This document shows, piece after piece, positions 58,047 to 64,000 of a stretch of DNA of 64,000 bases (its first letter is position 1; every line of letters starts with the position of its first letter). The translations under genes were made by a program, and so were the position numbers. The notes beneath the pieces are model-generated. The model made no database searches. It was not told the DNA's origin and was given only the letters and a program-made list of their open reading frames with translations. The DNA is from a virus, in the IMG/VR virus record IMGVR_UViG_3300042691_038416, positions 32,001 through 96,000 of that record, one strand, 5' to 3'.

Positions 58047-59192
58047 TTAAATTTTAATTAAATCTTTCTCAAAAGTTTTTAAGTTCATTATAGTAATTTT
58101 AAAACAATCTAATTCAAACTCACCTATCTCTCCTGATTCAGTGATGATATCTGCTAAATTTTGAATGATATTAAATTGGTTCATACCAAATTTAAAAGTA
58201 TCAAATTCAACTAAAATATAGTTTTGTTTTTCATTATGGTATGGTTTAATACGCTCCCATAAATCATATTTTGTATTTGGTTGCTCATTTTGAATATATG
58301 AATTATAGTCACAGTCAACATATATAGTAGAACACCACGGTTCAAGAACTTCTAATAATTGTTGATTACAGTTTTTAATTATAAATCCAATATCATACTT
58401 ATGAGGAATAATTGGATATTGGTACTCATCATTTTTAATCCAACTACCCCATTTACGTAAATAATTTCTAGCTGCTCGTTGAGATACTACTTTATAATAA
58501 TCATCATCTTTACCTATTTGTTCATTCCATCTATGGCCTCTACAAGTTAAATGGTAAACAAAAGCGTCTCTACTTTGAACTAACTCATATCCATTTAAAA
58601 TCCATCTTTGAAATATATCTGAGTCTTCATATGGAAACGGAGCAAATAGTGGATCATGACCTCCAATTGCTTGAAAATCTTCTTTATATAAAATCCAAGG
58701 CGCAAACATTCCTTTTGTTGTTTGATTTTTAAATTCATCTTGAGCTTCTAAACAATATTTTTCAAAAGCATCTATATTTAAAGTATCAAAATCAAGACCA
58801 AAATCCTTAATAATTTTTTCTTTACCTGCTGGATGGAGAGGAGGCTCAATTCTAGTACCACATACCACAGTAAGTGGTTTTAAATGTTTTAATAAATTTT
58901 TAGTATAATTAGGACCAACAATCATATCAGCATGTAATATACCTACAATATTATTTGTAGCTAATTCTATACCTTTATCATATAGGATAGTATGCCCTAC
59001 TCTAATGTCACTTTTATATATTATTAGTTTATCATCAATAGATTGTAATCCTTGAATCCAAGACCATGTACCATCAGTAGAACCATCATCTAATAGTATT
59101 ATTTCAGCTTCAGGTTCATGTTTTTTAATAGAAGTATAAACATTTTTTAAATGTTGTAAATTATTATAACTTGGTATTATAAATGATATCAT
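58047..59192 (-). CDS. glycosyltransferase family 2
   Basis: SFIIPSYN, DDGSTDGT, HAD, ED.D; start 59192 (ATGA overlap). Confidence 0.9.
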   Translation of the reverse strand: MISFIIPSYNNLQHLKNVYTSIKKHEPEAEIILLDDGSTDGTWSWIQGLQSIDDKLIIYKSDIRVGHTILYDKGIELATNNIVGILHADMIVGPNYTKNLLKHLKPLTVVCGTRIEPPLHPAGKEKIIKDFGLDFDTLNIDAFEKYCLEAQDEFKNQTTKGMFAPWILYKEDFQAIGGHDPLFAPFPYEDSDIFQRWILNGYELVQSRDAFVYHLTCRGHRWNEQIGKDDDYYKVVSQRAARNYLRKWGSWIKNDEYQYPIIPHKYDIGFIIKNCNQQLLEVLEPWCSTIYVDCDYNSYIQNEQPNTKYDLWERIKPYHNEKQNYILVEFDTFKFGMNQFNIIQNLADIITESGEIGEFELDCFKITIMNLKTFEKDLIKI

Positions 59193-60028
59193 AGTGGAAA
59201 GCATATTAAGTTAGTAGTTCCTTCTTGTAATGTTACATCTCTATAAGATAAAACAGGTTTATTTTTATCATATAAAGAATAATAATTAATTTCATTATAC
59301 GCTACATAATTAACCTTACTAATAGCGTTTATTAATTCATCTATTTCTTTAGCATTTAAACCAGCATATACTTCTGTAATTAGTATAGGTTTATTTGTAT
59401 CTAAAATTTCTTTAATAGTAGGTATGATATCTTTATCATATCCTTCAGCATCTATTTTAACTAAACTTATGTTTTTAATAAAATCAGGATGATATTCTTT
59501 TAAAAATTTAGTGACATTAACTCCATAAACATCTAAAGGAAATGAATGTCCTGTTACTCCTATACCAGCATTTAAAGCCTCAGCAAATCCTCCATTACAT
59601 AATCCTGGATCTGAGTAGTGAAATGTTAAGGGTCCGTCTTCTTTAACACATGCCAAATTATAAGGAATAATATTAGAATTTAATTTAGAGTTAGCCTCTA
59701 ATACTTCATAAGCAGCAGGATTAGGTTCAAATGATATTACTTTATTAGCAAATAATGAGAACATAATAGCAACATTTCCAGCTTGTGCTCCTATATCTAA
59801 AACATTCGAGTTAGGTTTAATTAATGTTTTTATTCCTTCTATATTTTTTAATACCCATTCTTGTCTTTGATGAGTAAAGAAATCTTCTTGATTAGGATGT
59901 TTCCATTTATAATAATTAATATTATAATTAGATATTTTATGATTATTTGATTCTATAGGAAAATGTAAATTATTTTGTTTTAAATAATCTAAAACTGCTT
60001 CTCTATAGTTTTTTATTTTATCAATCAT
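59189..60028 (-). CDS. FkbM-family methyltransferase
   Basis: LDIGAQAG, FEPNP, KIDAEG. Confidence 0.88.
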   Translation of the reverse strand: MIDKIKNYREAVLDYLKQNNLHFPIESNNHKISNYNINYYKWKHPNQEDFFTHQRQEWVLKNIEGIKTLIKPNSNVLDIGAQAGNVAIMFSLFANKVISFEPNPAAYEVLEANSKLNSNIIPYNLACVKEDGPLTFHYSDPGLCNGGFAEALNAGIGVTGHSFPLDVYGVNVTKFLKEYHPDFIKNISLVKIDAEGYDKDIIPTIKEILDTNKPILITEVYAGLNAKEIDELINAISKVNYVAYNEINYYSLYDKNKPVLSYRDVTLQEGTTNLICFPL

Positions 60029-60029
60029 T

Positions 60030-60566
60030 TTATTTATATAAAGTATTATATTCGTTTTTAAGCATACCTAACATATAAGAATCTAAGTATTCTCCATTTT
60101 TATAAACATGTTGTCTTAAAACTCCTTCATCTTTAAATCCTATTTTCCTATAAACATGAATTGAATCATTATTAGAATAAACTTCACACCAAATACGATT
60201 TAAATTTAATTCTTCAAATCCATATTTAATTAAAGTTAATAACATATCTTTACCATAACCTTTTCCTCTATATTCTGGATTTCCTAAGGTTATTCCAAAT
60301 TCACCAGTTTTATATATAGGATGTATATGATTCAAGAATGCTACACCTATATTTATATTTGGATTATCAATAGGTTTAACTATAAAATGATGCCAGGTTG
60401 AATCCTTCATCATTATATTCTCATACCAATTTAATTGATCTTCTAAATTAGATTCTCTATATTCTCTATAATATTTTCTATGCTCAGGATTATTTCTCCA
60501 CTCAAGAAGTAAAGGCATATCTTCTTTTTGAGGTTTAACTAAATAAATAAGATTTCCTTTTATCAT
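60030..60566 (-). CDS. GNAT N-acetyltransferase (PseH/RimJ-like)
   Basis: WRN.P, RGKGYG, N..S...Y.K.GF..EG. Confidence 0.85.
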   Translation of the reverse strand: MIKGNLIYLVKPQKEDMPLLLEWRNNPEHRKYYREYRESNLEDQLNWYENIMMKDSTWHHFIVKPIDNPNINIGVAFLNHIHPIYKTGEFGITLGNPEYRGKGYGKDMLLTLIKYGFEELNLNRIWCEVYSNNDSIHVYRKIGFKDEGVLRQHVYKNGEYLDSYMLGMLKNEYNTLYK

Positions 60567-61207
60567 AATATTTCTCTAAGAAGTTTAAATTTCTCACAAT
60601 ATAAAGATCCTACTTCTGATCCCCAAACTTTCATTAGGTTTTCTATATTCTCATAACTTCTAGTATGAGGATATGGTCTCATTTCTTTATCATATACTTT
60701 TAATGCTTTTAATTTAGTTTCAACTTCATGTTGATTTAAGGTAAGATATGTTGTAGCATCAAAAGTAGTTAATGGATTATAATCTGTAGATGAAGGAACA
60801 TAATATGAATATATTTTCATTTTTTTACCATATTGTGGTCTAAAGACAGTTAGAGCAGCTTTAGTTACAATTTGATGATCAATATTTAAATCTCCAGTAA
60901 AATGAGTAAATATAATATCTGGTTGAATAATAATATTTGACTCTAAGAATTTACAAATTTCTAATAACGGAACCGAATCCATAGCATTATCTGGAAATGT
61001 TCCTGATTTGAATTCTTTTATTTTTAGTATCTCTGATACTTCTTGTAACTTAGAATTCCTATTTTCTTCTTCATTATTTCTACTTCCTACTCCATCAGTA
61101 AAAGTAAGAAGTTGAACATGGTGGCCTTCACTAGTTAATTTAAATATAGTTCCTCCACAACCTAAAGTTTCATCATCTGGATGAGCAGCTAATACTAAAA
61201 TATTCAT
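60563..61207 (-). CDS. PIG-L/LmbE family deacetylase
   Basis: AHPDDE, TH..D.NIDH. Confidence 0.9.
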   Translation of the reverse strand: MNILVLAAHPDDETLGCGGTIFKLTSEGHHVQLLTFTDGVGSRNNEEENRNSKLQEVSEILKIKEFKSGTFPDNAMDSVPLLEICKFLESNIIIQPDIIFTHFTGDLNIDHQIVTKAALTVFRPQYGKKMKIYSYYVPSSTDYNPLTTFDATTYLTLNQHEVETKLKALKVYDKEMRPYPHTRSYENIENLMKVWGSEVGSLYCEKFKLLREIL

Positions 61208-61857
61208 TTTTTTCTAATTTTAACATCTGAAATGATTTCATTATTTTCTAATTTAGCTCTACTAAATTCAAGTCTAAATTCTCCTATATCAATATAAGCA
61301 TTAGGATATTCTTTTGAATCTAAAATTCTTATTTGATTATATATAGAGTAAAGTGAATCATCAAATTTAATTTGATTATCTTTTTTTCTTTTATAAATTT
61401 GAGATTCTCCAAATTGAGGTCTAGGAATTAAATCTTCATTAATACATTTCAAAATTAAATCTTTAGTGATAATAGCTATAGTAATCCAAATATCAGTTAT
61501 ATTTCCTTGTAATGTTATAGGTGATGAACAATATATTCCTCCAGAATCAATCTCTTCTTTCATTTCTATAATATTAACATAACTAGAAGTTATTTCATCT
61601 AAAATTTGATTTTGAAGTGGGCTACCTCCTTTACCTTTAGGTAAATTTCCAGTATGAATAACAGCACATTTATAATTCTCAAAAATATCTTTAGAAACTA
61701 TTTCAGACCAATGAAAGAAAAAAATCCAATTTGGATTGTATTTCTCTACAATTTCTTTAGTTAAAGAATTAACCCAATGTATATTGATTTTTTGTTTTAA
61801 AGAATTATATAAAAATTCTGACCATTCATTATTTTTAGATACTAGTAATATTTTCAT
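61204..61857 (-). CDS. formyltransferase (Fmt-like)
   Basis: HWS, H...LPKG.GGSP.QN, DSG. Confidence 0.85.
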   Translation of the reverse strand: MKILLVSKNNEWSEFLYNSLKQKINIHWVNSLTKEIVEKYNPNWIFFFHWSEIVSKDIFENYKCAVIHTGNLPKGKGGSPLQNQILDEITSSYVNIIEMKEEIDSGGIYCSSPITLQGNITDIWITIAIITKDLILKCINEDLIPRPQFGESQIYKRKKDNQIKFDDSLYSIYNQIRILDSKEYPNAYIDIGEFRLEFSRAKLENNEIISDVKIRKK

Positions 61858-62828
61858 ATAAAACTATCCTCCTCATAATCTTTTTCAGCTGTTTTACCTA
61901 ATATAAAATTAAAACTAGTAGCTGAGATATTTCCTTCTAAAAATGGTCGTTTAGTAGTGATATTATTTTTAGTAAAAATATCTCCTTTTTTAATATTAGT
62001 TTTAGCTACTATTGAACGTCTCGCTTTAATAAAATCTTTTTCTGATTTAGAGTATTCTTCATTTTGTGGAGTGAAAGCAATTTCTGCTATTCTAATATTA
62101 GAAATCATCTCCATTAATTGAATAGGCTCTAAAGCAAATGGATGATCAGGACCGGGTAAATGTTTACTTAATGTAAAATGTTTTTCTATCACTTGGGCTC
62201 CAGCAGCTACTGCTAATGATGGAATTAGAGTAGACATAGTGTGATCTGATAAACCACATTTAAATCTAGAATCTAATGATAATTTTTTAACTGTGTTTAA
62301 ATCAATATCATCTATAGGAGTTGGATAAGCATTATTACAATGTAATAATGTTATATCATTAGTATATTTAGAAGTTATATTTAATAATTTATCTATCCAT
62401 TCATATTTAAATCCTATACCTAAAGATATAATTAGAGGTAATTTAGATGATGCTACCATCTCTACAAATCTAAAATCTGTAGCCTCAAATCCTGCTATTT
62501 TTAATCGTTTGACTCCTAAAGCAACTAACTCATCAACTGCTTTTTCATCGAATGGAGTAGACATAAATTCAATATCTTTTTCATCACAATATTGTTTTAA
62601 ATCTTTTTGCCATTCACGAGGTAACTCAATATCTTTAATTAGTTGATTGATATTTTTATAACCAGCAAAATCAGGGACATTTTTAGCATATAATGTTTCT
62701 GAAGAATATGTTTGGAATTTAACAGCGTCTGCTCCAGAATGAATTGCTACATCTATTAAAGCTAAGGCTTGATCAAAGTTACGATTATGATTTGCTCCTG
62801 CTTCTGCTATTATAAAAGTTGTATTCAT
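61854..62828 (-). CDS. neuB: N-acetylneuraminate/nonulosonate synthase family
   Basis: IIAEAGANH, KFQT, STPFD, LLHC, SDHT, IEKHFT, C-terminal SAF domain. Confidence 0.92.
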   Translation of the reverse strand: MNTTFIIAEAGANHNRNFDQALALIDVAIHSGADAVKFQTYSSETLYAKNVPDFAGYKNINQLIKDIELPREWQKDLKQYCDEKDIEFMSTPFDEKAVDELVALGVKRLKIAGFEATDFRFVEMVASSKLPLIISLGIGFKYEWIDKLLNITSKYTNDITLLHCNNAYPTPIDDIDLNTVKKLSLDSRFKCGLSDHTMSTLIPSLAVAAGAQVIEKHFTLSKHLPGPDHPFALEPIQLMEMISNIRIAEIAFTPQNEEYSKSEKDFIKARRSIVAKTNIKKGDIFTKNNITTKRPFLEGNISATSFNFILGKTAEKDYEEDSFI

Positions 62829-63337
62829 TGATTCTCTTTTTGTTCGTATTCTAATATTTTAGCATTAACTCTTTCAAAATAATAAGATATTTCAACTAAA
62901 TAATCTTTAGCTCTTTCATTTGTTGTTGTATCTTTTATTTTCTTTAGCAATTCAAATACACTATGATGAGAATGATCTAAGTATTGTTGACCTAATACTC
63001 TTTTATCCTCAGTAAATTCACTTCTAGATTTATTATTTCCTTCCCAGTCATTTCCTGGAGCTTTACTATAATTTCCTAATTTTATTACAGCATTATTAGC
63101 AAAATTTACTAGAAGTATAAAATCTTTATGGTATTCAAAATCAGTTAATCCATTTGCATTTCTTAACATCTGACAAATAGTACGAGGATCATCTATATTA
63201 GAAGAACCTCCCTTTACTGATTTATACTCAGAATATTCATGTAATGGCATATGTTTTTCATTTGAAAAACAAAATAAAGTTTCTGTGTCTACTACTTGAT
63301 TAACTATAAAAAAATTAGATAATGGTGGTTTATTCAT
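62825..63337 (-). CDS. hypothetical protein
   Basis: Coupled ORF in glycan operon. Confidence 0.7.
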   Translation of the reverse strand: MNKPPLSNFFIVNQVVDTETLFCFSNEKHMPLHEYSEYKSVKGGSSNIDDPRTICQMLRNANGLTDFEYHKDFILLVNFANNAVIKLGNYSKAPGNDWEGNNKSRSEFTEDKRVLGQQYLDHSHHSVFELLKKIKDTTTNERAKDYLVEISYYFERVNAKILEYEQKENQ

Positions 63338-64000
63338 ATTAAATGTTTCAATAAATTATTAGCTTCTTTAAAATTATTCATACATTGTTGTTTATTATTA
63401 ACCTGATTCAGAAAATAAATAATTTCATTAATATACATTTGGTTATCTATTTTAAGATGGACTCGTTTTAAATAATCTTTTTCTAATATATCATAATAAC
63501 GTTGATAATCCTCTGATAGATAGTTTAGAGTAAAATCAGCTATAGTTCCAGATTCAAATTCTATTCTTCCTGTGACTAAATCCTCAGTATCATTAGTTAT
63601 ATCAGTTAATTTATTTTTAATATAAGAAATATTTTTTAAAGGGCCAAACTTATAATAAAGATAATCTAATTCATGGATTGCGTCTAATAATATTCCTCCT
63701 CCTAAATTTTTATTAGAACTATAAGATTTTAAATGATTAGTTCCTGGTCTCCATTTTTTAAGATTATACCCAAAATAAACATTAATATATCTACTATTAG
63801 AATCAATTTGTTGTATTTCAGGTATAAATCTTAAATTACAACCAACCATAGTTATTAAATTTTTTTCTTTAACTATAGCTAGTAATTCTTCAATACCATC
63901 TATTTTTGTATAAAAAGGTTTTTCACAAAATATAGACACACCATATTGAGCTAATTTAATACAGTGTTCAATATGATTAATATTAGGAGTACAAACTAAA
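63334..64000 (-). CDS. Gfo/Idh/MocA oxidoreductase, 5' end outside window
   Basis: Frame stays open upstream (VCTPNINH..CEKP); VG.NLRF, GGG.LLD..HE.D. Confidence 0.88.
   Translation of the reverse strand, partial: LVCTPNINHIEHCIKLAQYGVSIFCEKPFYTKIDGIEELLAIVKEKNLITMVGCNLRFIPEIQQIDSNSRYINVYFGYNLKKWRPGTNHLKSYSSNKNLGGGILLDAIHELDYLYYKFGPLKNISYIKNKLTDITNDTEDLVTGRIEFESGTIADFTLNYLSEDYQRYYDILEKDYLKRVHLKIDNQMYINEIIYFLNQVNNKQQCMNNFKEANNLLKHLI

Overview
AT-rich segment of a large (jumbo-type) myovirus genome with T4-like baseplate genes. Essentially all real genes are on the minus strand and read in the standard code. The host is probably Bacteroidota, inferred from a promoter motif resembling TAnnTTTG, no properly spaced Shine-Dalgarno sites, and a GH73 enzyme. 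In window order: (1) a HAD nucleotidase, two tandem Pol-beta nucleotidyltransferases (one a multidomain polyprotein), a PD-(D/E)XK nuclease, a primase and a GIY-YIG protein; (2) a baseplate/tail module with gp6-, gp25- and gp5-like genes, then a gp55-like sigma factor and an HD hydrolase; (3) a roughly 19 kb region of small genes, most with their own copy of a conserved promoter, including small lipoproteins, AT-hook proteins, four canonical tRNAs, three non-canonical tRNA-like RNAs and a candidate structured ncRNA; (4) two tail-fibre genes, GH73, ClpP, ATP-dependent ligase, a DksA/TraR finger and putative head-packaged proteins; (5) the end of a nonulosonic-acid/glycan modification cluster. 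The most notable items are a tRNA-like RNA whose D-loop follows the anticodon arm, a repeated tRNA / structured spacer / anticodon-less tRNA-mimic layout, and polyproteins punctuated by L/I-x-E motifs. All product calls come from motif recognition only; no database searches were run.
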